This document shows positions 27,201 to 42,430 of a stretch of 64,000 bases of DNA, in pieces (the stretch's first letter is position 1; every line of letters starts with the position of its first letter). The notes beneath the pieces were generated by a model, which searched no databases, was not told the DNA's origin, and was given only the letters and a program-made list of their open reading frames with translations. The DNA comes from the human T2T-CHM13v2.0 reference genome, Homo sapiens. The translations under genes were made by a program, and so were the position numbers. The stretch lies in the NCBI RefSeq assembly GCF_009914755.1, contig NC_060930.1; one strand, given 5' to 3'.

Positions 27201-30200
27201 ATCTCTATGATATATTTTAGCTCTACCATTCTGTGTTTATAGTGACTTCCTCTTTGGCACTTTTCATCCCTGAAGTGTGGTTAGGGTATACATTCTTACT
27301 CTTCCCACCACTTCACTTTACAGATGTGGAAGCAGAACTGAGAGTGTAGGAATCACTTACCGTGTACTGGGAGGTACAGGTTAGCCATTCTGAAAACAAA
27401 GATACAAAGTTCAAATTTCTCTTAAAATAATTTAAAAGAAGAGCTAAACTTCAACTGAACTCTCTAGTCATATACCTAATCTCCTACCACTATCCTTGTC
27501 AGCATAGAACAACAAAAGATGTAGGTGTCCCTCTCTGAGAGGTGCTGGCATGATTCTCTTTTAAGGAGAAAAGAGACTTCAAAAGAGACAGTTTTATAAA
27601 TGTTTTGATTCCCAATGTCTGACCTACTGCCTGATAAGTTAATATTAAGGAATACATGGTAAAATATTCTTAAGCATAATTCTTGAGTCCCTCCAATCCT
27701 GTGGTTATTATTTATATTCTACCATTCTTTTTCAAAGTTTGGAAAGCTCTAATGTGGGATTATCCATATTGTAAAGAACAGCCAAATAGTACTGCTACAT
27801 TCCTGCATAGGAACTGGACGTTTACTCCACCCTCCCTCCCCCTGGAGTGTTTATGACAACTGGCCATCCTGTGTCCTAAAGAACAGTTATCCCTGACTTA
27901 ACTCTTATTTCCCTATTACCTCATTGGTTCCAGTAAACACACATCAGTATTTAGGAGTATCTTTATCAATAACAATGGCTACGTCCTGGAAAGATCGTTT
28001 TATTTTGACTCTTGAGTGTACTACATGAGATATGGGTTAGAAGCTGCCTGGACATCAACATGTGCTATTTCACAATTCCATTATTCTTATTTTGTTTTCT
28101 CATGTGCAGCAAGAAGCAGCAGATGCTAGAAGTGGCCATCCACTCCTCACCTGTGCAAGATTGCCCTGCCTATTCTAATATTACACAGGCTCCACAGTTA
28201 CCCCCTGGCATATAACTTCTTGAGACAGGAGGTAGAATTATCCAGTGAGTCTTCCTGCCTCCCCTGTGGAGTCAGGGTTCCCCTTTCCCCTTTCAGTTCA
28301 GCTCTCCTTGTTATCTTCATAACACTTAGCAAAATATAACAGATTAAGCCAAGTGCAGAGATAATGAAATATAATTAGTAGGTTTTCTAGCCTTTATCCA
28401 CAGCCCTGTCAGAGTGTATTATCTGATAGATTGAGTTCACAGCAAGTCAGTTAAATTTTCTCTTATCAGAAACTGAGTGTGAAGTGTGGTAATGTTGCTA
28501 AGTGCAGAACAAAAATCTCTCTCTTTTGCATCCCTTGACTGCTCCAGGCAACATTCTTGGAAACCTCTGACTAGGAAGGAAGAGAAGACCCTGAGATATA
28601 TACAGTGTGACAAGCCAGGAGGCTATGCTTCTCTGGTAACCATCCTATGAACGGCAGTCGCCTGTGGCTGTGACATTACCACACTTTGCTCAGCTTCAGA
28701 AAGGGAAATTTAACTGACGACTGCTATGAACTGAAGCCACAGCCTAAACCAGGTAATATACCCTGACAATACTGTCAGGCAAAAAAGGCTGTGTTCCCAT
28801 TGATTTCATTGCATTAGAGACATATTACCCTGAGCAGTGTGTGTTCAAGGGTATATTGTGCACACTGTGGGAATATCAAAGGGGATGCACATCGATTCAG
28901 GCAGAAACAGGCCTCCAAGAGAAGAATCTCGGAAGTGGCCTGGCTGAAACATGCAGCATTTGGTACAGTGGAGAAGACGATGCAATTGATGGTAATTATA
29001 ACTTGGTTCTCCATCTGTGTCAACTGTTACCTGCTGGGTTTATTTGAGACAGGAAACCAAATTTAAATGTATGAAGAGCAACGCCGAATCTCTGTTTTTT
29101 GCAGAAAGGTTGCCGATATACTCTAAAATATGCAGGAAATGAGGAATGTGAAAACAATGTTTGAATCATCTCAAAGTTTACTAATTGCTTCATTTGATTC
29201 CACTTGTAGATACGAAGCTCTCTAGAAGTTTCTTATTGTTTTAACTATCACATATCAGCCTTTACCACAAAACAATGGCACATGTTCACACAAATAAGTT
29301 AACATTCCTATTTCAAATGATTAATTTGGCAAAACATTAAAATTCACACACTAATGCAAAGACAAAAGGAATCAGAGAAAAGTCTTTCATAATTTATATT
29401 TTTAAAAATCATAAAGGTACCTTAAAATTTTTTAAAATGCATTATTATTGTTTGTGTATGCCCTATATGGATCAGGAGGGCAAAAAAGGCAAAAATGCAG
29501 CAGAAAGGAAATACATCTTTACTTCTTATAAAATAAAAAAGACTAAGTTCTAAAAATATCTTGAGACTCAGGCTCGAAAAATCAATTCATTAATACTTTC
29601 TTTAAAAAAAAGTATTAAGTAATCTCTAATTCAGGCTTCCCAGAATCTTTCTCTTAAATCTTTTGACTTTAAAGTCGTCCAAAGTACTGATCTCAAGATG
29701 ATTCACCTCTCCCATCACTCTGATCATAACTCTTTCCATCTCTAAGATCTTTCTTTTTTTGTACACCATCTGAGTTTTGGACTTCTGTAGCTCATTTGTT
29801 TTAACCATGGCCTATTGACATATGGGTGGTTATCAACATCAAAGCCTTAGTCACTTTCATCCTTAATTGTGTTTATGGACTCTTTCAACTTAAATCATCT
29901 ATACAGTAAGTTAACAATTCACTGGACAAAGCTGTCCATGCCTTTCTGAAGGAAGGATTAACTCATAATCAGGAGGGTGATTTATTGTTCAGAAGCCTCA
30001 GTTTTGATGACATTATTTTTTATTAGAATAATGGACTAGTAATGTGGAAAAGGAGAGCAATTGGTAAAGTGGGAAAAAAAAGATTTGAGCATGCTTGTCA
30101 TTTATACCTTGTTCCCTCACAGTTAAAGAATGACATCACTACTGAAAAACAAGATGACCAACTTCTCCTTTACTAAAAGCCAAAATGATCCACTGAATAG

Positions 30201-30456
30201 GGAGGAAGACAGGGAGGAAAGAGCCCTGGAAAGTTTGGGCTCAAATCACTTCTCTTTCTCTCAAGTCCTGCCTTGGAGCCCTCAGCCACATTTCTGCAAT
30301 CTATATAGACTTTTACTCTCAGTACCCATTTGTATGAGCAAGTACTTTAATTTTGAAATTAAAGTATATTATATATAAATGAGCAAATAAACATATTAAA
30401 TTATTAATATAAAGATAAATTGTTACTACCGTAAAAAATATTAAATTATTAATTTT

Positions 30457-30729
30457 GGCTGGGAGTGGTGGCTCACACCTGTAATCCCAGCACTTTGGGA
30501 GGCCGAGGAGAGTGGGTCATGAGGTCAGAAATTGAGACCAGTCTGGCAAAAACAGTGAAACCCTGTTTCTACTAAAAATACAAAAAATTAGCTGGATGTG
30601 GTGGTATGTGCCTGTAATCCCGGCTAATCGGGAGGCTGAGGCAAGAGAATTGTGGCAACCTGGGAGGCGGAGATGGCAACATTGCACTCCAGCCCGGGCA
30701 ACAGTGCAAGACTCCGTCTTAAAAAACAA
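30457..30729 (+). mobile_element. AluSg/Sc-like with about 17-bp deletion in the right arm
   Basis: gggtcatgaggtcag; gcccgggcaacagtgcaagactcc; gtgagccgagatcgcgc is missing. Degenerate TSD aaattattaat/aaattatcaat. Confidence 0.93.
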
Positions 30730-30779
30730 AAATTATCAATATTAAGATAGCCTTCCTTAATTTAAAAATTAAATTGGTA

Positions 30780-31350
30780 TAAAGAGTCAAGATTCACATA
30801 AAGATGAATTATATCATTTATGACATACTTTAATGATTTCAATTTTTTGCATTGGTTTCTACATCCAACATTAAAGCTACTACATTTACTTTCTTTTCTT
30901 ACTATTGCCTGATATATTCCCTATACCCCTTTATTTCTAAATTTTATTGTTCATTTGCTGTGTCTTTTGTTAATAGTACACAACCAAATCTTTTTTGAAC
31001 ATGTTCTGTTTCTTGTCTTTTAAATGTGTTAATTATTGCTACGTTTGAATGTATCTTGCCACCTTTTCTTCTACGATCTTTGCTTTATGGCCAAATTGAC
31101 AGACTTTTTGTTTGCTAAGTGGTGCAGAAATTTTTCTTATATACAAACTATAATAGTGACCATTAGATTTTGAGCAAACTCATTAAAGTGCTACCAACAT
31201 CTAGGTATTATCTGTAGCCTCTCCCTCAGCCCAAGTGTGCCTAGGGTTGTCATGTCTAGGCCAAACACCTTCCAGGTATAGACCTTGGATTTTATTTTCC
31301 AGTTTTACTTTTGATTTTTGGATGTGTATGTTGGCATGGGAGAAAGAGAT

Positions 31351-31396
<46 letters not shown>

Positions 31397-31750
31397 TGTG
31401 TCTATAGTCACTTTGGATTAGTAAAGTATATCCTCCAATAACCTTTTCAAAGGAATGTGCAAAATGACAAACCTTCTGAATTCAATGATACTTTAAAAAG
31501 TCTTTATATTTTCAAAATTAAATCTAATTTTAGGATTCTGTGTTTAAACTTTTTTCTTGCAGAACTTTTGAAAAATCATGCCATTTACTGAGAGTATCTA
31601 GGGGGTCCATGGGTAATTTTTTTGTTAATATCACTATTATTTCTTTGTAAATTACCTCTTTAGTCTCTCTTGGAGCATTTATGATTTTCCCTCTACATTT
31701 TTAGAATTAAAAATTCTTTAAAAATTTACAGTTCCTTGTTACAAATTCTG
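30780..31750 (-). mobile_element. Very old L1M(E) ORF1/ORF2-5' fragments
   Basis: ttgcctgatatattccctataccccttta, gtgtcttttgttaatagtaca, aggattctgtgtttaaactttttt...agaacttttgaaaa resemble reverse L1ME. Confidence 0.5.
31353..31401 (+). repeat. (TG)n microsatellite, about 24 units with one interruption
   Basis: Read directly. Confidence 0.97.
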
Positions 31751-31889
31751 GTTAAAGCAACAGCTCAAGTGTCAAATACGTCTTTGCAAATCATTCACAA
31801 AGTCAACAAGTAATTTTATATACATATTTATAATCTAAACAACATATATATATTGTTTGTCGCTATGGGTTATAATATTGAACAATATA

Positions 31890-32160
31890 TATAGCTCCAT
31901 CCTGGCTAAGTCCACAATTTCCTGATAGTGACACACAATAAACTAGTAATTCAAATATGTGTATATTATACTTTGGGTAAGGGCTACAAAGGCAAAACAC
32001 AATATAGGAAGAGTATGAAATGGCCTGGGCAGAACAGAGTGAGGATTAGGGGACAAGTCAGAGAAAGTTTCCCCAAAGAAATAATATAAAACACCACTTC
32101 TGAAACAGAGAAGGTATGCAGGTAGGTAGTTAGGTAAGGGGAAGAGAAGATGAGGAGATC
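31890..32160 (-). mobile_element. L2 fragment
   Basis: taagggctacaaaggcaaaacac...agtcagagaaagtttccccaaagaaat. Confidence 0.55.
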
Positions 32161-32910
32161 TTTATCATTAACTTTACCCAGTAAATGTATAAATGACACA
32201 AATAATAAACTGGAAAAAGTCACAATCCTTAACTAAAAAGTACCACTGATTTAAGCTGTAAGCTATTATTTATAATGCCCTTCATATGCTCCTATTCCAC
32301 AAATTGCTTTATCCTAAATTCTTGTCTATAGGATGAAACAAACACTGTAGAAAAATGAATAGTCTGGTGTTTTCAAACAACTTAACTGCTAACTCATACC
32401 ATAGCCCACTTCACTCAGTGGTTTGTGCTCTATAAAAAATTCTCACACCTCAAAGCACCTTATATAGGAGCCTGGAGGGCATAATAGTATCAGAGTTAAT
32501 CTCCCACTTGTAGATTAACAAATTTAAAGGTAGTGACTTATTTCTCAATAGAAAAACACTTATTTAAAAAAGACTAATGAAGAAAGAGCAAAGAGTGAGA
32601 ATCTGAGATACTCTCCAGACTAAAGGTGGGGGACTCAGTTACATAATTTTGCAAGAATTTATTTGATTCTGCAGCTCAAACATTGGAGTCTGGGAAGCAA
32701 CAGAAGACTCAGAAGCCAATCTGATATAAAATTTACTTGTGTTTTTTTCTTTCCTGAACTGTGAAGGTATGCTCCTAGATGTACCATTACATGGTTTTAT
32801 AACTAGGACAATGAGAGGTATAATGAGATAACTCTATGGGGGTGCAATTCCAGGATTCCCCAAGGGTATGTGTATTCAAATCAAATTTCACAGTTTAAAT
32901 GTGATGTGGT

Positions 32911-33175
32911 ATGTTCTCACTCATAAGTGGGAGTTGAACAATGAGAACACATGGACACAGGGAGGGGAACATCACACACCAGGGCCTGTTGGGGGATCGG
33001 GGGCAAGGGGAGGGATAGCATTAGGAGAAATCTCTAATAAAGATAACGGGTTGATGGGTGCGGCAAACCACCATGGCACATGTATACCTATGTAACAAAC
33101 CTGCACATGCTGCATATGTATCCCAGAACTTAAAGTAGAATAATAAATACATAAATAAATAAGTAAATAAATAAA
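32911..33175 (+). mobile_element. L1PA7/8-like 3' end with (TAAA)n tail
   Basis: atgttctcactcataagtgggagttgaacaatgagaacacatggacacagggagggg...tatcccagaacttaaagta. TSD taaatgtgatg(tg/ca)gt at 32896-32910 and 33176-33190. Confidence 0.95.
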
Positions 33176-34464
33176 TAAATGTGATGCAGTGGCAACACAG
33201 TACACAGTCCAAGGTCAGATAGGCAATTATTCCTTTGCTCCATCCCCACGGCTTTCTCTATGTAGTAGAATCACACAGGTCACAAATTGGAGAATGGGCA
33301 AATTTTGCTTTTGCTCCCTTACTGGAATAACCAGAGTAATCAAAAGGTAAAATCAATGGCAAAATTATGACAAAAATCCTGTAATTGGGACTTAATTTTT
33401 TTGTGGCTCATCAGACTATATCAGCAACTCACAAAGCTCTTAGTGTTTTCGGATGTAATATAATTTCTATATATTAAATAATCATAACTATGCCCCATCG
33501 AAAAACAATTTTTCTTTCCCATTTTAATAAGGAGAGAAGTGGTAGAAGCAAACCCTTCAATTTGTTCCATCTGTTATATTCATGTGACTGTGCTTCTTTT
33601 TTCTTTTTTTCCTTTTTTCCACAGATCAACAAGATAAACCTAACTGCCTAGCTGCAAAAAAAAGGATGAAAGGGGCTCCACTGTGAACTGAAGTTTCAGT
33701 TGAGATGCCTTATACTGGCTGATGTTCTGAAATTAGCATGAAACAGCACCAGAGGAAACAGAGGGATTCTTCCCTGTTGTACAAAGGACCCTGTGAACTT
33801 TCCAAATGCCTGAGATCTCATTACTGACAACATTTTTTTGCCCTCCAAGTTTTCACATAGTGACCTTATGGCTTCTATTGGAGCACGGATGCAGATTTCC
33901 TCTCCAGTGAAATGGCATGAACAGAGTGAAAAACATAGTCTTTAGGAAGGCAAGCTGTGCACCACCGACATAATTAGGAAAGCTGCTTGGGAGGAGAGCG
34001 GTGGACATCTAATGGGCTAGCAAGGATAAGGTGGAAAATAAGAGCTTGGTCATGTAGTGGAAGCACTGTTTGAGTTTTCCTTTAGGTAGGCTGAAAAACA
34101 AAATATTAAGCCTACTGAAACCCTTTCAGAGTTTGGGGATTAAAAGCTCTAAGGAAGCTTACACCACTGTAGAAAGGGAAGAGAGAGGAGTGTTCTGCCT
34201 TCAGTAGTTGTGTCTGATTACTACTCTTTTGAGACAAATTTACTTCAAAAAGCAGCATTAATGTCAGCAGGAGAGAGTCCTAGAAAATGTTGTTAATTAT
34301 TTTAATACAGGACGCGGGATTTCAAGCAGGCTTTGTGACATATTTTCATTAAAGTTCAAGAAAAATTTTACAAATAAGTATCTGATTTTAAGAGTAAAAA
34401 TCACAAGATCAAGGACTCTATTAGTCATTGTATTTTAAAGCCCTTATAAGAATGCATGAATCCA

Positions 34465-34632
34465 GTGGTAGCTGTCAGTTTGGACACATTGCTAAACTTT
34501 CTTCATCTATTTAAAGACAATAATAATAGTCCCTATTTCAAAGAAATTTTCTGTAATAATTAATCAAGATAATACATGTAAAATACTTAAATGTGTACTG
34601 TACCATAACGATGCTAGCTGTTTTTTGTTGTT
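34465..34632 (+). mobile_element. MIR SINE
   Basis: tttcttcatctattt...taataatagtccctatttca...aagataatacatgtaaaatactta. Confidence 0.7.
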
Positions 34633-35671
34633 ATAATTAGAGATGAAAACCTAAAGTGAGGCCAAGGTAGTGGCAACAGAGGGAAACATGATATTTGAAA
34701 AATATTTAGACAGTAAAATTAATTGGGAAATTCTGGAGACTCACAGGATACATGTGTAACAAAGAAGGCGGAATCAAGGATGATTCTTAGAATTTATCAT
34801 AGACAGCTGAGTAGATGGAATGTCAACAATTGAAACAGGGAGTACCAAAAGAGGATAAAGATTGAATGGGAAAGATAATGAAGGCAAGTTAGGAAATCCT
34901 AAGGTCCTCATGGATTTTACCAGGGCAGGACAACCAACTGCCTGGTCTTAGAAGGCAAAGAGCTTTTAAGGAAAAAAAAAAAAATGGCACCAGAGGCCTT
35001 CAGATAATCTGGCTAAGTTTAGTGATATGGAAACAAAATATTAGAGAAGGTGGAAGAGAATGATTTAATGGTGTCAAGTACAACAAAAAGAGGGAGGAAA
35101 ACAATTTCAGAGAGAGGGAACAATGTGAATAGAAGCCTGAAGGACAGAATGGGGTTCTGTGGCTAATACTAGGGAAAGATAAAAGGAATAATGTAAAATG
35201 AAACTAAAGATGAAAGCATAACTATAATGAAGGGCCTGTAATACTCTGATCTTTGCTTGAGGACAATAGGTGGCCACTGAATACCTACAGACAGCAGTGT
35301 GATATAATCACAATTGGTCATTAGGAAGACATTTTTAAAAACATGAACAATAGATTAGAGTGTAACAAGCCTGGAATCGTAATGAGCATTTAGAAGGCTA
35401 TTCTAAGAATCCAGGGTAGGAAATGATAGCAGCCAGACAAATTTGTGGCCCTGGGATAGTTAAGCAGAAAGATCCAAGACATCTTTTAGAAGGCTGGGGA
35501 TATACAGGTGATAAAAATGAAACCCAGTTGGGACCAAGCATCTGAGTAGAAAATAGTGAACACAAGAGGAGAGGTAGGTTTGCTGGGGAAGAAAAACAGT
35601 TCCAGTTTAGATGGATTGAAAATTTCTATTTCAATTAAACATCTGATTGGAGATGTTGGCAGATGTGTATA

Positions 35672-36189
<518 letters not shown>

Positions 36190-36414
36190 TATAGATTTTG
36201 GTTTCAGGACAGAGAACTGTATTGGCAACATAGATATGGAAGCCATTTGTCTATGTATTAAATTTGGGGTCACAGGAGAAGGTGACAAACTATGGAGCAT
36301 GATAAAGAAAATAAAGCAGCCCAGGAAAGAACTTGAGGGGCACAAATATCAAGAGCAGAAGAGAAAGAGTCTGAAAAAATAACTGTGAAGGAATGACTAT
36401 TAATAAATGAGGAA

Positions 36415-36673
36415 GATACCGTCCTGGCTAACACAGTGAAACTCTGTCTCTTTTAAAAAATACAAAAAATTAGCCGGGCGTGGTGGCAGGCATCTGTAGT
36501 TCCAGCTACTCAGGAGGCTGAAGCAAGAGAATAGCATGAACCCGGGAGGCAGAGCTTGCAGTGAGCCGAGATTGCGCCACTGCACTCCAGCCTGGGCAAC
36601 AGAGGGAGACTCCATCTCAAAACAAAACAAAACAAAACAAAATTTAAAAATAAAATAAAATAAAATAAAATAA
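36415..36673 (+). mobile_element. AluY, 5'-truncated, compound (CAAAA)n(TAAAA)n tail
   Basis: ctggctaacac, gagcttgcagtgagccgag. TSD taataaatgaggaa at 36401-36414 and 36674-36687. Confidence 0.95.
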
Positions 36674-37230
36674 TAATAAATGAGGAAAACCTTGATAGAT
36701 CATATTACAGTGATATTGACAAATAAACATTTCTGGAAGAAAGTAGCTCGATAATTAACAGAATAAAATAATTTTTAAAAGTCAAGCAAGTTGAGCACAA
36801 AAAGTATTCACTGGCTCTAGAAACAAGGTCACCAATGACCTTGAGAAGAGAACTAGTGAAGTGGTAGGATTGTTTTAGATAGTGACCCCTCTTGAATGAG
36901 ACATCCATACCTAGGAAGAAGTATAATTTTGACTAGATTTTAAAAGATGAAAAATAAAGAGACCTAAAAGAATGGGCATATAAGATCAAAGGATACCAAA
37001 GAAAAGAAGCACTGTGAGAAAATCTAAGTAATTTTACAAAAATGATGGGAGGTGAATTATTATATTCTTATGTTGTTCTTGTGGATACTTGTCTTATGAA
37101 CATTAATGCCCATTTCCTCATACTTTTAGCCCTTCATTGTTTCTACGTGGAAGGCACCTCCTATTTTACTCAGCTCATCTGAGTCTTAATCTTAGTCAAG
37201 ATGCAACAGATGTTCTATAAAATTCCTTCA

Positions 37231-37450
37231 ATAATAATAGTGAACACTTGTATTTGCTCAAGATATGCCAGCAAAGTTCTATGTGCTTTATACGCAGTAG
37301 CTAATTTAACCCTTAAAAACATACAGGGTAGATACCATTATTAGAATAAATGTGAAAACTGAGACATGGAGAATTCAGTAGCCTGGCAAGTGTTAGAGAT
37401 GGCATCAAACCCTGAGGGTTTTTGGCTTGAGACTGTGTTGTTAACCACCA
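37231..37450 (-). mobile_element. MIR SINE
   Basis: ataataatagtgaacact...gtagataccattatt...gaaaactgagacatggaga...gttaaccac. Confidence 0.75.
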
Positions 37451-37624
37451 GAAATACTGTGTCTCTCTAGAAATCATTTTTAGTATGATTTATTTATCAG
37501 TTAGCAATTCTAGCTGGGATTGTTTTTAGCTATGTACATATACATGCATGCATGTATGTATTATGTGTTTTCTCTAATCATTTAATTGTGAGGTCCTTAA
37601 AGAAAGAATATTTATCAACATTTG

Positions 37625-38620
<996 letters not shown>

Positions 38621-38624
38621 GCAA

Positions 38625-38745
38625 GAAATTAAAAGAAAACGAGGAAGTGAGAAGAGAAAAGAGAGAAGAGGAGAAAAACACAGAAAGAGAGATAGAAAAG
38701 ATAGGAGAAGAGATAGAAACATAGAAATCGGAAAAGGAAAAAAAT
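38625..38745 (+). repeat. GA-rich low-complexity tract
   Basis: gaagagaaaagagagaagaggagaaaaacacagaaagagagatagaaaag... Confidence 0.8.
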
Positions 38746-39164
38746 TATTTTGAGAAAATTCTTTTAATTGATCTAGTAGCTTTCATATAGATTGTCATAT
38801 TTAATGTTTTCATAAAATTCCTGTGCAAATACATGGCATGACTAAGACTCAGTCAGCTCTAATTCTAGATATTTGCTTATTTACAACTTTTTGCAGTTTC
38901 TTATAAGGTATGAAAAACAGAAAAAGTGTTTTTTTTATATAGAGTGTGCAATATGAATTTGGTTGATATTGATGATAATCATGTGGATGTGTTATAAAAG
39001 ACATAGTTGTTTTAAACATAATGTGAAATTTTATTCTGAAAATAAAATATCTAGTTTAATATACTGAAAATATCATGATTAATGTTTAGAACTCTCAGAA
39101 AACACTAAATATTTGTTTACTTTTAAATAGTACAGGGGTTCTTGTGTTAGAAATTGTTACAAAA

Positions 39165-39543
<379 letters not shown>

Positions 39544-39940
39544 TTAATCTGTTTTTAAAAGAGACATTTAAGAGTTTTTGTTTGCTCATGGGGTAATTAC
39601 AGAATATATAGACATAATGACAAAATTAATTATTTATACCATTATACCCTGGTTCCCCTCAACCTCCACTTCCCTGCCAAAATTAATCGGCTGTGTTTTG
39701 CTCTCTCCTTATTGCCATAAAGAGCAAGGGGTCACCCGAGTTCTTTTCTTTCAAATTCCATTGCTTTCAGGAGAATTTCTAAATTCTTCACTCTTTAAAC
39801 TAGGTTTGACCATGTAAGTTACGAGATCATTGAAAATATCTCAATGTCAATTGAAGTAAACCATCATAAATTGAGCCTTAATTATGTACCAAGAAGAGTG
39901 CTAGAACCTAGAACTAAGAAACTAATTCAAACACAGTCCC

Positions 39941-40255
39941 AGCCAGGCGCAGTGGCTCACGGCTATAATCCCAGCACTTTTGGAGGCTGAGGCAGGTGGG
40001 TTAACTGAGGTCGGAAGTTCAAGACCAGCCTGGCCAACATGGTGAAACCCCATCTCTACTAAAAATATGAAAATCAGCTAGGTGTGGTGGGGTATGCCTG
40101 TAATCCCAGCTACTCGGGAGGCTGAGGCTCGAGAATCACCTTAACCTAGGAGGCAGAGGTTTCAGTGAGCTGAGATCATGCCATTGCACTATAGCTTGGG
40201 TGACAGAGTGAGATTCCATCTCAAAAAAAAAAAAAAGAGAAAGAAAAAAGAAAAA
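39941..40255 (+). mobile_element. AluSx/Sq, inserted in an old L2(-) spanning about 39860-40660
   Basis: Full Alu. TSD aaaca(c/t)agtccc at 39929-39940 and 40256-40267. Confidence 0.95.
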
Positions 40256-41199
40256 AAACATAGTCCCTAAATGCAAAAAGCTTGCATTCTAGTATACAAC
40301 AGAGACATGCAAACCAAAATTTACAAAATAGGGCAAATAGAAATATAAACAGAAGAATCCAGGGGATGGTCAACTTTTTAAAGCAGAAATAGGGAAGGAT
40401 AGATAGCTTTGAGCTGATCTTTAGACTGAGGAGTTCACTAAGATGAGGGTATTCCTAGCAATGGAAAGAGTATGTATGAAGGCCTAACATCATGAAATAA
40501 CATGGTTTATTTTGAGTTATAAGCAGGTTGCTATTACCACAATATGATGCACATTGATAAACTAGCTGGGGATAACCTTGGAGAGGAAGTCAGGGTTTCT
40601 GCCAGGAAAAATTCTTATGTAGTATTTTGAATATTTACTCTTAGGGAATAGATATATTACACTAACAGTGGATTCCAAAAATATATATAAGGCTACCCTT
40701 TTCAGTATTGATTATTTTATTGAAAAATTGGAAACATCCAACCTATTCTTTGAGATGACATTGGTTAAAATTTACAGTTAATCAGTGTAGGGCAACAGTA
40801 ACTAATCATTTCATAAATCAAACATAGAAAGATGTACGTGATAATGTGATTGGTTAAAAAAGAAAAGGAGAGAATTTTTAGCACATAATGTATTAAATCC
40901 CAGTTCTAATTCCAGTATTGCTTTAGTTAGTATTATTTTTTAAGATGATGTTGTGGTGATGTTTTTTACTCTTTCCTGCAATTTCCTAACTTTTTAAAAC
41001 ATGAACAATCACTATTTTTATGAAGAGGTAAAAATAATAAAGCCATTGCCATTTTAACTTTTGTAAAACATTCGAAAGCTCAATTCTGCTCTCAAGTGCT
41101 TTGATCTAGCGTTGCAGAAAGATAAATAATATGTTTATGAAAAGATGATGCTACAAAGTATTAAGAAGTAAATGAGTGGTATCAAACATATGCTCATTT

Positions 41200-42430
41200 G
41201 ATGTCACCATCAGTATCTAGTCACCAAAGCCAGAAATATCTGAGAATTTGTATTAGCGTGTTTTCACATTGCTATAAAAAGTTACCTAAGACTAGGTAAT
41301 TTATAAAGAGAGGAAGTTTAATTGACTCACAGTTCCACATGGCTGGAGAGGCCTCAGGAAACTTAACAATCATGGTGGAAGGGGAAGAGGTACATCTTAC
41401 ATGGTGGCAGGTGACAGAGAGCAGTGCATGAAGGGAGAGGAGCCCCACACTTATCAAACAACCAGATCTCATGAGAATTCAGTCACTATCACAAGAACAG
41501 TATGGGGGAAACCACCCCTACCATACAATCATCTCCCACCAGGCTTTGCCCTAAACGTGATATGGGGATTATGAGGATTACAATTCGAGATGAGATTTGG
41601 GTGGGGACACAGAGCCAAACCATATCAGAATTATTCCTGATTTTTTTCCTGAGTCACTATTCTTTCTACATTAAACCATCTACTAATTCCAGACAATTAT
41701 ATTTACAAAATATTTATCATAGTCTTCTCTTTCTCTTTATCTCCATTACACTGTTTTAGCTTAAGCTTTAACTATCTCATCACTGAGATCATTTCTAACT
41801 AGTCTCCTTTTCAACAATCTGGTTCTGATAAAATGTATCCCTTACATGGTTGCTAAAATGGAGAGCATAAAACACTTACCTGACCATTTTACTTATAATT
41901 TTAAAGCCCTTTTGGGCCAAGTTCTTCATAGCATAGAGACAGGGTTGTCAGCACAAGATATAAGACACTTCATGCCTTGGTCTCTGATTTTTTTCTTAAC
42001 TCCACTCACTAATCTATGTCTTATACTTCATGTGTCAAGATCCTTTCTGCTGATAACTTGCAAACACACAAGCTATTTCTTACATCGATGCCTTTTATAT
42101 ATACTTGGACCTCATTTCTAGAGTTTTCTGCTCCCATCTCCATCTAGCCTAGTCATCATTCAAGTCTCAGTTTAATTACCATTTCTTCCTAATCCTAAAC
42201 CCATACCTAGCCTAATTCAAGTTAGGCTTGGTACCCCTTCTTGCTGTTTTTATTAAAATATCCTGTTCACAGTTCTATTACTACAGTAACATATTATTTC
42301 TAATTGTCTATTTATATATCTGCTTTATCTTACTAAATTAATCTTTTTGAGAAAAGGTACTGTGTGTTAATTCACTTTGTATTTGAGCACCTAGCACAAA
42401 GCCTGTAAGTGCTCAAGTAAGTATATGGGA
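41200..42430 (+). mobile_element. L2 3' region, interrupted by THE1D
   Basis: tcaccaaagccagaaatatctgaga continues after the LTR; tcattcaagtctcagtttaa; terminal gcacctagcacaaagcctg...gtgctcaagtaagtat. Confidence 0.75.
41249..41627 (-). mobile_element. THE1D-like MaLR solo LTR
   Basis: tgtattag...gactcacagttccacatggctggagaggcctcaggaaac...gggacacagagccaaaccatatca. Perfect TSD gaatt at 41244-41248 and 41628-41632. Confidence 0.94.

Noticed and set aside
28814-29066. Three overlapping ORFs
   Set aside because: All under 80 aa with no recognisable product; explained by locally higher GC.
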